Positions 7,570-16,756 of a DNA stretch of 64,000 nucleotides are shown piece after piece; position 1 is the first letter of the stretch; each line of letters starts with the position of its first letter. The translations under genes and the position numbers were made by a program. This stretch comes from a virus (Duplodnaviria > Caudoviricetes): IMG/VR virus record IMGVR_UViG_3300037400_008007, positions 1 to 64,000 of that record. One strand, 5' to 3'. The notes under the pieces are model-generated. The model was not told the DNA's origin. It worked only from the letters and a program-made list of their open reading frames with translations, and did no database searches.

Positions 7570-8302
7570 GAAAGAAGCAGCAGACAAAAAGCAAGACAAA
7601 TATATCCCAACCAAGCAGTGGGAGTTCAACAAGGAGGTGACAGATGTTTTCCCAAACATGCTGTCACGCTCCATTCCTGGCTATGAGAGTATGCGTGAAC
7701 TGGTGTACCGCATGGCTCGTAACTTTGTCAAGGAAGGAACAAACGTACTTGATATTGGCTGTTCTACTGGCATATCATCAGAATTGCTCATACAGAATTT
7801 TGGCCCTAAGTGCAACTTTGTGCTTACTGATGTGAGTGAGCCAATGATTGCCAAGTGCCGAGAGAAGTATGCCAAGGAGATACAAGAAGGCTATGTCAAT
7901 GTGAAGTACAGCGACCTGCGAGAGAAACTGCCTGTAAAGGGCTGTTCCCTTATCCTGTCTTGTCTAACCATCCAGTTCACTCCTATAGAGTACCGTCAGT
8001 TTATCTTCAAGAACATATATGAGTCCTTGGAGCCTGGCGGTGCTTTGGTGTTGGTGGAGAAAGTGATGGGAAACTCTGATGACATCGACCAAGTGTTGGT
8101 GAAGGAGTACTATGACATCAAGAGAGAGAACAGGTACACAGAGGAACAGATAAAGACCAAGCGCAGAAGTCTCGAAGGCTCACTTGTGCCGCTCACCATA
8201 AAGATGAACGAGCAACTGTTGAACATCAGTGGCTTCCATAAGGTAGATACGTTCTGGCGATACCTAAATTTCGTGGCACTCATAGCCATAAAGGAGAAAT
8301 AA
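7550..8302 (+). CDS. cmoA: Carboxy-S-adenosyl-L-methionine synthase homologue
   Basis: Colinear with E. coli CmoA as recalled: WEFNKEVTDVFPNMLSRSIPGY, LDIGCSTG, TIQF, PGGALVLVEK, KRENRYTEEQIKTKRRSLE (R205 matches catalytic R199). Confidence 0.85.
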   Translation: MTTQKSKKEAADKKQDKYIPTKQWEFNKEVTDVFPNMLSRSIPGYESMRELVYRMARNFVKEGTNVLDIGCSTGISSELLIQNFGPKCNFVLTDVSEPMIAKCREKYAKEIQEGYVNVKYSDLREKLPVKGCSLILSCLTIQFTPIEYRQFIFKNIYESLEPGGALVLVEKVMGNSDDIDQVLVKEYYDIKRENRYTEEQIKTKRRSLEGSLVPLTIKMNEQLLNISGFHKVDTFWRYLNFVALIAIKEK

Positions 8303-8320
8303 TCAAGAAAGGAGAAGAGC

Positions 8321-8881
8321 ATGGCAGCACCAAAAGGAAACCAATACTACCTCTTGGCCAAGCAAGCCCTTGGGCGACCTAAAGCCATAGAGACTGCAAA
8401 GGAGTTTGAAGAGAAGTTCCTTGAATACGTCGAATGGAGCGAGGACAACCCAATACTGTCTAAACGTGCGTCCAAACGTACAGGGGCAACAGATGCCAGT
8501 GGCCAACAAAAACCCGATGAAATCCGAATGGATAGCGAGAGTAAACGCAGACCACTATCCATGTACGGACTCTGTGCCTATCTTGGTGTAAGCCGGAAGT
8601 GGTTTGAAATGAGGCTCAAGACGCTTGAAGAAAAAGGTAAGGAGCGAACCGAAGAAGAGGAAGAGTTTTTTACCTCCATTACACGCGCAAAGAGCATTAT
8701 CGAAATGCAGCAGTATGATGGAGCGAGTGTAGGGGACTTCAATGCCACACTCACCATGAGGGCATTGGGATTGGGCGACAAGGTGGATATGACCAGCGAC
8801 GGGGAAGCCATCAAGACTACCCTGCCAATCATTAACATAATGAGAGACGAGCGCTGTGCAGGTGGACGTGAAGCTGAATGA
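8321..8881 (+). CDS. terS: Terminase small subunit
   Basis: MAAPKGNQY N-terminus typical of gp3-type packaging proteins; directly upstream of TerL. Confidence 0.8.
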   Translation: MAAPKGNQYYLLAKQALGRPKAIETAKEFEEKFLEYVEWSEDNPILSKRASKRTGATDASGQQKPDEIRMDSESKRRPLSMYGLCAYLGVSRKWFEMRLKTLEEKGKERTEEEEEFFTSITRAKSIIEMQQYDGASVGDFNATLTMRALGLGDKVDMTSDGEAIKTTLPIINIMRDERCAGGREAE

Positions 8882-10217
8882 CAAGCAATTCCATGCATAC
8901 GACATTCTCACCGACATGGATAACGGTGTTACCGAACTTCTGTACGGAGGTGGAGCGCGTGGAGGAAAAACATGGCTCGGATGCTTTTGGCAGATAACCA
9001 ACCGCCTAAAATATCCGCAGTCCGTGGGAATGATATGCCGTGAGCAACTTGTCAATCTGTTAGACACTACCCTCAAGACGTTCTTTGAAGTGCTGGACTT
9101 CCTCGGAATAACCGACCAAGTGGTTTACAAGGGAGGTATGACCAACTCTGCTTTCTTTCCCAACGGCTCGATGATATTCTTCCGCTCACTGGCGAAGAAG
9201 CCTAAAGACCCGAACTTTGACCGTTTCGGCTCATATGCCATAACGGACTTGTTTGTTGATGAGAGTCAGCAGGTGTCAGAAAAGGCTATCAACGTGATAC
9301 GAGGTCGTTTCTCTCTGCTTGAAGGCCCGAACCCAGACGGAACGAAGTGGCACCTCATACCCAAGGCCATGTATAGCTGTAACCCCTCAAGGGGATGGAA
9401 CTACACCTTGTTTGTGAAGCCTGCCAAGGACGGGAATCTTGCACCATTCAGAAGATTTGTCAAGGCACTACCAAAGGACAATCCCTATGTCACGCAGGAC
9501 TATATCGACAATCTGTTGCGATCAGACAAAATCACAGTGGAACGTCTGTATTATGGAAATTTCGAGTATGACGATGACCCTGCCTCGCTGATAGACTACG
9601 ATGCGCTGGTAGATATGTTCCACAATGAGCATGTGCAGCCAGTAGGTGGCAGAAGTTGTTCTGCTGACATAGCAGGCAAAGGCCGTGACCGTTTTGTTGC
9701 AGGCTCATGGATTGGGAACGTCTGTACGATAGCCCTCGATAAACAATACTCTCCAGCTAAAGAGGTGCAAGAGGACTTGAAGCAGTTGATGATAAGAGAC
9801 CGTGTGCCAAGGACATTGACCGTGGTCGATGCGGACGGTATAGGCTCATTCTTGGAAAGCTATCTTGAAGGTATAAAAGAGTTTCATGGAGGCTGGAAGC
9901 CACTCGATGCACGTTATCAGAACCTACGAGCCGAGTGTTACTTCAAACTGGCAGAGCTTATCAATGGCCGTAAGATAAGAGTTATCTGCACAGACGAGCA
10001 GCGAGACCGAATTATTGACGAGCTTGGAGCGTTAAAGCAGGCGCATATCGACAATGACGTAGGAAAGAAAGACGTTATCAAGAAAGACGAATGGAAGACC
10101 CTGCTGGGCGGTAAGTCACCTGACTACTCTGATATGCTGATGATGGCCATGATATTCAGAAGAAGCAAAACAACGGCAGGGCCACAGGTGTCAGTGCAGA
10201 GACGAAGTACTGAATAA
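8856..10217 (+). CDS. terL: Terminase large subunit
   Basis: Walker A GGARGGKT, Walker B LFVDESQQ, SCNP, nuclease-domain SADIAG and SPDYSD. Confidence 0.93.
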   Translation: MQVDVKLNDKQFHAYDILTDMDNGVTELLYGGGARGGKTWLGCFWQITNRLKYPQSVGMICREQLVNLLDTTLKTFFEVLDFLGITDQVVYKGGMTNSAFFPNGSMIFFRSLAKKPKDPNFDRFGSYAITDLFVDESQQVSEKAINVIRGRFSLLEGPNPDGTKWHLIPKAMYSCNPSRGWNYTLFVKPAKDGNLAPFRRFVKALPKDNPYVTQDYIDNLLRSDKITVERLYYGNFEYDDDPASLIDYDALVDMFHNEHVQPVGGRSCSADIAGKGRDRFVAGSWIGNVCTIALDKQYSPAKEVQEDLKQLMIRDRVPRTLTVVDADGIGSFLESYLEGIKEFHGGWKPLDARYQNLRAECYFKLAELINGRKIRVICTDEQRDRIIDELGALKQAHIDNDVGKKDVIKKDEWKTLLGGKSPDYSDMLMMAMIFRRSKTTAGPQVSVQRRSTE

Positions 10218-10281
10218 CAGTGTTCAGTAACGAAGATGCAAATAAGATAAAAACGACAAAATTAAGCAGTAACTTTACGCA

Positions 10282-11901
10282 ATGAAAAAGAAGAGTCGCA
10301 CGAAAAATGGAGCGGAAGATTGTCTCTATAGAGACTTTCTGATGCTCTACCAGTTCTGCACAGAGGAAGTCAAAATGGACTTACTGAAACGCTTGAAAGG
10401 CCAGCCGAGACCCGAGACCCTTTGCGGTAAGATAGTTCCGAAAGACCTAAACAGCATCAGCTATGGATCACTTGATGACTTACGGAGTGCTGGCGAAGAA
10501 AAAGACCCAGTGGGGGCTTGTGCCAAGATACTGCTCGGACTGGAGCCAGAAAAATTGCTGCGAGAAGATGTGAACGATGTCTTTGGCTTTGGCGGCTTCA
10601 TCACAAAGGAGCTGGAGCGTATAAACAGGCTCTTCAAGGACATAAAGGTGAACTACTCTAAGGAAGAAATAGCAGCAGGTATACGGCAGCTTGACTTTGG
10701 TAGTTTTGGTGTCCTTGATTGGTACGCAAAACGTATGGGAATCACCAACCAAAACGAAGTGCGAGACGTGGCTTGGGTGCGTATCTACCAGTGCATGAAG
10801 AACGATTGTATGAAGAACGAGTACGAGCGCAGGCTGAGTCAGCAATACAAATCGAAGATAGGCAAAAACAAAAGATAGGCAATGAGTAAGTGTAATTGTT
10901 TGAAGAACGTGGCCGCTCATGGCACAGTGGAGAAGAAAATCCATTCGATTGTAGACAGCATGGAAGCAGATGTTGCCTACTTCTTCTTGAACTGGGCGCA
11001 GGCCAACGAAGCTATTGACAACGTGGATAAGCCCTCTATTGTTTATGTACTCCCGCCGTCGGGAGAACTTGATGTTAGTTGGGCGCAGGTAAAGGACAGG
11101 CCAGAAGCGCAAATAGCGTTTATAGCTCCCACAGACTTCGACTTCGATGGAGAAGCCAATGATGACATCATAGAGCAGATGAAGCGTTTGTGCGTAAGGT
11201 TCATAAAAGCCTTCAACGAGAGCGGCTTGTTTGAGATTATCGAAGGCAAATTGTCATATAGGGTGCTATATGATTATCTTGACCACAATGTGACAGGTAT
11301 AGTTATTACTCCAAAAATCAAGGAGGAAGAGGGAATTATCATTTGTGGCGATGAAGAGGTGAGAGCCGAGGATGAGTAACCATAGTGGCCAATGGAAGCG
11401 ATAAGAGAAATAGTAATGCGGCACTTGCAGAACGTGCAGAAAGGCATCGTTGTAAACATGCAGAAGATGCACCGCACAACGTCTGGCCGTTCTGTCGCAT
11501 CGTTGCTTATTGAGGATGAAGGCACAGACGGCATGGCTCATTTGCTCCTTACTGGTGATAAGCAGTGGGAAGTCATGGAGAGAGGGCGAGGGCCAGGCAA
11601 TGTGCCACATAACTTCGCAGACATTATCAAGGAGTGGATATTGCGCAAGGGTATCAGTTATCAGCAGTTCGCTCCGAAGAAAGGGCCAACAGAACGAGGA
11701 TTGACAAATCTCTCATGGATGATAGCGCAAAGCATCATGAAGAAAGGCACAAAGCTCCACCGCGACAATGGATATAACGACATCTTTGACACCCTGCTAA
11801 AAGAAGAGACAGAGAAGCTGGCTATCGAAGCGCAGGGTATAATAGCAACAGAAGTAGATACAATAAACGACAAAGACGATGCAGAGAAGAGCAATTCGTA
11901 G
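10282..11901 (+). other. Three ORFs (10282-10878, 10882-11379, 11392-11901), probable neck or tail-completion proteins
   Basis: Position between TerL and tail genes; 165-198 aa; no diagnostic motif recognised. Confidence 0.5.
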
Positions 11902-13453
11902 AACAGACTATGGAACGTCCGGCACCGTAGATTTCCCTACTGGTGTTGTGTATGTGTTCAACCCAAACTATGTAGAATTGACGCTGAATGACTATACAGG
12001 AATAGTCGTGCTGACTGTAAGTGACTCCCAAAACACCTACAGTATCGACGTTTCTCTGTATAATGGTTCAGCCAAGTGTTATATATCGAAGCTCCTGCAG
12101 CTGTTGTTTGATGATTATGTGTCGGTACGCTCGAAAGAAGTCACTATTGCTTTAGAGACGAGCGACGGACATAGCATCGCATCTTCTACGGTTACAGCCT
12201 TGTGGGCTCATGTTGACCTTGGGATGAAATTTGGTTACTACTTGCCATTCGTCTATGATGGTGTGTCTATGCCGCCAAGTGTCAGAGACGTTATTTGGTT
12301 TAAGAACTTACCGTTTAAGGTATCGCTATTCAGAGAGACACAGGAGTACAAGCTATATTCTATGAGGGATAAGACAAACTATGACGGTATCTACGACCCA
12401 TTATTAGTGAGGCCAGGAATGTTAGGAATGCCTATTTGGGGAGGTAAGACAGGCATCTTTGAATTAGACCCTGCGGCAAATTACTCAAACACAAACAAGG
12501 TGTTAGAGTATGTCGTTATGAAAGACAGGCAGGTAAACAAATTCCCATCGATAAGTAGCGGTTGGGAAGGGGATAGTGGTAGTACCGTCGTATATGACAC
12601 AACAGAATACGGCATAAAAGACGCGCAAGGTGATTTGTATTCTCCAGTAATGTATATTCCGGCAGGCCAAACGCTTTGCTTTAGTTTTGACGACAACAAC
12701 GAGCAGGTAGACGTTATCTTTGCATGGATAACGAATAACAATTATGAGTGCAGTTCGGATATTTATGAAAATGGAGAATCCGTAACAGTGCAGAAGGAAG
12801 GCTCTGTTGTGACGAGAGACGGAAGAAGCAGAGCTTATTATCTCTTCACTACAACAGCAGATGCTTACCTAACCGTGAATATTCCATTTTCAAATTACAT
12901 ATACCGTCCGCAGCTTGAGTATTCAAATAGCCCATCAGTGTTCCATGTGCCAGGAAATATATTCAACCAGTTTGAAGCAAACTTTGATATGGTCTTTCCA
13001 GAACCAACGGAATTGGCATACATAGTTCGGCTTCATGTCTGTAACGACAAGGTGGGTGTGTATCTTCGCTGGATAGACCACTACGGCTTTTGGCAATACT
13101 ATCTATTTGTCAAGGGAAGTAGAACAAGCAAGAACAGTCCCGACAAGAACGCTATAAATCTTGACTATGTGAGTAACGGTGTCCACCACCAAGCACAGAG
13201 GGTAATAGCAGTGGAGAATACAGACACGATAAAGTGCTGTGCTGTGAATATGCGAAAGGAAATACTGGCTTACGTCGAGACGATTTTTAAGTCAACTCAC
13301 ATCGACATGTATATCGGAAAGGATTTCAGCGGCAACGAAATGTGGAAGCCTGTGAACATAGAGAAAGGTTCTGTGTCGATTGCTGCAGAAAAAGGTCTGT
13401 ATGACTATGAGTTTTCTATAACACTGCCAGATAGCGTAACACAAACACTGTAG
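11879..13453 (+). CDS. Putative tail or baseplate structural protein
   Basis: 524 aa, beta-rich, VYLRWIDHYGFWQYYLF motif, located in the tail module. Confidence 0.55.
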   Translation: MQRRAIRRTDYGTSGTVDFPTGVVYVFNPNYVELTLNDYTGIVVLTVSDSQNTYSIDVSLYNGSAKCYISKLLQLLFDDYVSVRSKEVTIALETSDGHSIASSTVTALWAHVDLGMKFGYYLPFVYDGVSMPPSVRDVIWFKNLPFKVSLFRETQEYKLYSMRDKTNYDGIYDPLLVRPGMLGMPIWGGKTGIFELDPAANYSNTNKVLEYVVMKDRQVNKFPSISSGWEGDSGSTVVYDTTEYGIKDAQGDLYSPVMYIPAGQTLCFSFDDNNEQVDVIFAWITNNNYECSSDIYENGESVTVQKEGSVVTRDGRSRAYYLFTTTADAYLTVNIPFSNYIYRPQLEYSNSPSVFHVPGNIFNQFEANFDMVFPEPTELAYIVRLHVCNDKVGVYLRWIDHYGFWQYYLFVKGSRTSKNSPDKNAINLDYVSNGVHHQAQRVIAVENTDTIKCCAVNMRKEILAYVETIFKSTHIDMYIGKDFSGNEMWKPVNIEKGSVSIAAEKGLYDYEFSITLPDSVTQTL

Positions 13454-13757
13454 GATATGACGTTTGAAGAGTTTAAGAAAGTAAAGGTTGGTAGCCAGTG
13501 CGTGATTATTAAGACTGGAGAGCCGGGGAGCGTGTTATCTGTAAATAACGGAACTGGCGATGTCTTATTGCAGGCGAAGAGAGCCGGACGTGGAGTGACG
13601 AAAGAGTGGTTTCACTATATACAGCTTGGGAAGTTATGAAGATTATGTTTGTTGTATTGGGCTTGTGCCTGTTTCTTTTGCTATATGCGGCCATTCGATT
13701 TGTACTGGCAGCAATAATCATCTATGCTGATTTGCAGAAATATAAAGCGTCGAGGAA

Positions 13758-16754
13758 ATGAAAGAAGAGTTGTACGTTTTCATAAATGGCGAGCGCAAGC
13801 AGTTAGACTTGGAGAACCCAAGCGGCATTACGATGAAGTGGGTGTCGAACTTGTTCAACGACCTAAGTAAGTTGACATGCTCCTACACCTACACATTCAA
13901 TCTGCCTAAGACGAACAACAACGTGAGGGTGTTGGAAAATGTCTGTGACATTCGCCACAAGACAGACATTCGCCATGCTGTGGTCGAGGCAGAATTTCTT
14001 ATCAATGGAATATGTTTGTGCAAGAACGCCAACCTGCATTTGAGCGAAATAAAGGCAGACTCTTTTTCATGTGTCCTAACGTGGGGTGTGTTGAAGGCTT
14101 TTATTGAGCTGAAAGACAGTGGCGTGAAGTTGAACGAGTTACCGTCTCTCGGAACAATGATATGGCAGGAGAATGGTTATGGATGGAAGTCAGCGTTTCT
14201 TACCAATATGGAAACGTATGTCACTCCTTTGTATGTGGCAGGAAACCCTAACAAGCCTGGCAAACCGTGCATACCAGTCTATCGGCTCATTCAAGAGATT
14301 AACAAGTTCTTTGGAGTGAAATTTGAACTTGGTCGATTATTGAGGGACAGTTTCGGGGCCTTATCGGAATCGTGCTTTAATAATACATCGTATCATGGCG
14401 AGATACATAACGATGACTTTATCACTTACGGGGCAATTCCTCTAACGGGCAATGACTTTAATGGAGGAACGTATAACATATCCGCTAACATTAATACAGG
14501 AAAGACGCTCACACTATATGCTCTTGGAAGTGGTGGCCTTTATGTTGATAGTAACAGGTATGAACGAGACTGGGTTCAAGGTGTTTGGAGCAGAGGAATG
14601 TACGGAAATGAGACCTGTTTTCTGCGACTTGCAGACGGACAAGATGCTATACCATCCCGTGAGCCTCTGGCATACAGCATACCAGTTGTGCGTAATCTTT
14701 CTTATAACAATATTGTTCAACCATTATATGCTAAATGTGAAGATAACTCTTATGAGGCATTTATGATAGAGCAAGAGGAAAGAAGGGCTTATCTTACCGA
14801 ATGGTTAAGGAATCATCAATACTGGGAAGAGACGGTAAAAAGGGCATTTTATTTTGAAGCGCATAACAGCTTTATTAACGGCAAAAGAAACGAATATCAA
14901 AGTATTGGGTATAGATGTATATTTGAGCATGAAGTCGTTGGTTCTCTCAAGCTTCATGTGAAGAAAGAAGCAGTAGATGCAAGAAGGGTTTCGCTGACAG
15001 AATTTAGATGGATAAGCATAGGAAAAGTCTCGAAGTCAAATGCTGAAAACGGGAATCAGTATTGGATAAGAAGCATAGATGTGCTTTCCTCGAATAATGT
15101 GGACAGCTGGGCAGGGCTTCAATCATACGGTTCAAGAATATTTGACCAGGCGACGAACACTTATGTCTATACCTTTGATTTTGGTGACGAATTGATAGCA
15201 AGAAAGCTTAACATGCCTGCGGCTGATTCCGACTTGATAGGCTACTTCTTTCTCCCGTACATTCCAGAAATGGAAACAGCAAACGATGTGTTGCGGATAC
15301 AAGAAGGAGATCTGTACATCACAGACCTTCATATAACAAGAATTGCACCAATTTTGACATTCACAGGTTTCCCCGTGAAGATAAACATAACGCAATCGCT
15401 GCCCAATATCTCTGTTTATGACTTCATGAGGTCTCTATTTGCATTAAACGGAGCATACCCTGTAGTAGATGCCGATGGCGAGACCATAAAGGCTATATAC
15501 TACGACAATCTTAAAAGAGCCATTATGAACGGTGAAGGCTTGGACTGGTCTGACAAACTGATTGGCGACATCAAGACAAACACATCGACGAAATTCCTGC
15601 CAAAGCAGGTAGCCCAACATAACTACTTCAAGAATGCCAACACCACTTATGGCAAAACAGAAAGTGAGTTGCTGGAAGAATTTGACGAATACCCTCAAGG
15701 TTATGGTGATATTCAGTTTGAAGACACTACGTTGTCAGAGAATAAAGATATATACAAGTCGCCTTTCTATTCTCCGCTTTTGCTGGATAGACGTTACCCA
15801 AGCGTGGAGACAGGAGAAACTACGAAGATATGGAATGGTGTTGGCGAATATCAAGATACTGTCAACCCCATATATGGATATGTTCTATATGAAAACGAAA
15901 GAATAAGGTTGAAATGCTTTGACCCATTCGACAACATAGAAAACTTCTACGGGTATCTTCAGAAGATATACGATGATTACGTTCAGATAAAAGAAACTTT
16001 CTTGTTGAACGAAATGGACTTGTTGAAGCTGGATTTTGGTAAGCCAATTTACTTGAGCAAGTACAATGCGTACTTCGCCATATCAACATTACAGAGGAAC
16101 AAAGGTGGAGATTGTGTAGCCGAACTGGTAAAACTGCCATCCCCAGAGGAAGAGGACGCAGGTATAGTTACAGCTGATATGTATGGCAACTTAGAGAAAC
16201 AAGAGCCGTCACTAACTTCCGAAGAGTGGCTGATTTATGCTCTAACTTATGCGTATGAGGATGGAACGGGGGCAAAAATTCAATGGAAAGACAGAGAATA
16301 CGGAGCATGGCAAGACTCTGCTTATGAAGACGTATATGTGTCTACTACTGACAATACTGTTTTATATTTCAGAATAAAACCAGCCGAAGTGTCAGAAGAG
16401 GAAGAGGAAACAGAAGGCGAGGAAGAGGCGAATGAGTTAAAGTATCTTTATGTCTCCGTAGAAGGTATGTTTAAATTCATAGACAGTTGGGGAAACGTAA
16501 AGAATGCAGCCTATTCATGTGAGCTAAGCACATACATTGATGGAGTCTTAAAGGAAACATATACGAGAAGTGGCCAAAGAACCATTCAATATGGCGAAAG
16601 AGCCGGCGAAGTTGAGGTAGATTCTTATAACGAAAATGTTTTGCTTCCTCAAAAGACAGACAGTTTCCACCCTGTAAAAATCATAGCAAAGATGTACTCT
16701 AAAGAAGGAGAATTGCTGACGACAATCGAAAGAAACTTCTATATATACTATTAA
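13758..16754 (+). CDS. Putative tail hub / minor tail protein
   Basis: 998 aa; N-terminal LDL...SYTYTFNLPKT pattern of siphophage tail proteins; immediately before the tape measure gene. Confidence 0.6.
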   Translation: MKEELYVFINGERKQLDLENPSGITMKWVSNLFNDLSKLTCSYTYTFNLPKTNNNVRVLENVCDIRHKTDIRHAVVEAEFLINGICLCKNANLHLSEIKADSFSCVLTWGVLKAFIELKDSGVKLNELPSLGTMIWQENGYGWKSAFLTNMETYVTPLYVAGNPNKPGKPCIPVYRLIQEINKFFGVKFELGRLLRDSFGALSESCFNNTSYHGEIHNDDFITYGAIPLTGNDFNGGTYNISANINTGKTLTLYALGSGGLYVDSNRYERDWVQGVWSRGMYGNETCFLRLADGQDAIPSREPLAYSIPVVRNLSYNNIVQPLYAKCEDNSYEAFMIEQEERRAYLTEWLRNHQYWEETVKRAFYFEAHNSFINGKRNEYQSIGYRCIFEHEVVGSLKLHVKKEAVDARRVSLTEFRWISIGKVSKSNAENGNQYWIRSIDVLSSNNVDSWAGLQSYGSRIFDQATNTYVYTFDFGDELIARKLNMPAADSDLIGYFFLPYIPEMETANDVLRIQEGDLYITDLHITRIAPILTFTGFPVKINITQSLPNISVYDFMRSLFALNGAYPVVDADGETIKAIYYDNLKRAIMNGEGLDWSDKLIGDIKTNTSTKFLPKQVAQHNYFKNANTTYGKTESELLEEFDEYPQGYGDIQFEDTTLSENKDIYKSPFYSPLLLDRRYPSVETGETTKIWNGVGEYQDTVNPIYGYVLYENERIRLKCFDPFDNIENFYGYLQKIYDDYVQIKETFLLNEMDLLKLDFGKPIYLSKYNAYFAISTLQRNKGGDCVAELVKLPSPEEEDAGIVTADMYGNLEKQEPSLTSEEWLIYALTYAYEDGTGAKIQWKDREYGAWQDSAYEDVYVSTTDNTVLYFRIKPAEVSEEEEETEGEEEANELKYLYVSVEGMFKFIDSWGNVKNAAYSCELSTYIDGVLKETYTRSGQRTIQYGERAGEVEVDSYNENVLLPQKTDSFHPVKIIAKMYSKEGELLTTIERNFYIYY

Positions 16755-16756
16755 TC

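Noticed and set aside
7550-8302. CmoA as part of a standard cmo5U tRNA-modification pair
   Set aside because: No CmoB-like gene or tRNA is visible and the neighbours are ParB and terminase genes. It is not fully excluded, because the rest of the genome and the host are unseen.
10211-10226. TGAATA-N4-TGTTCA as a third late-activator site
   Set aside because: Weak match, spacing off by one, a non-canonical -7 box, and better explained as part of an RNA hairpin
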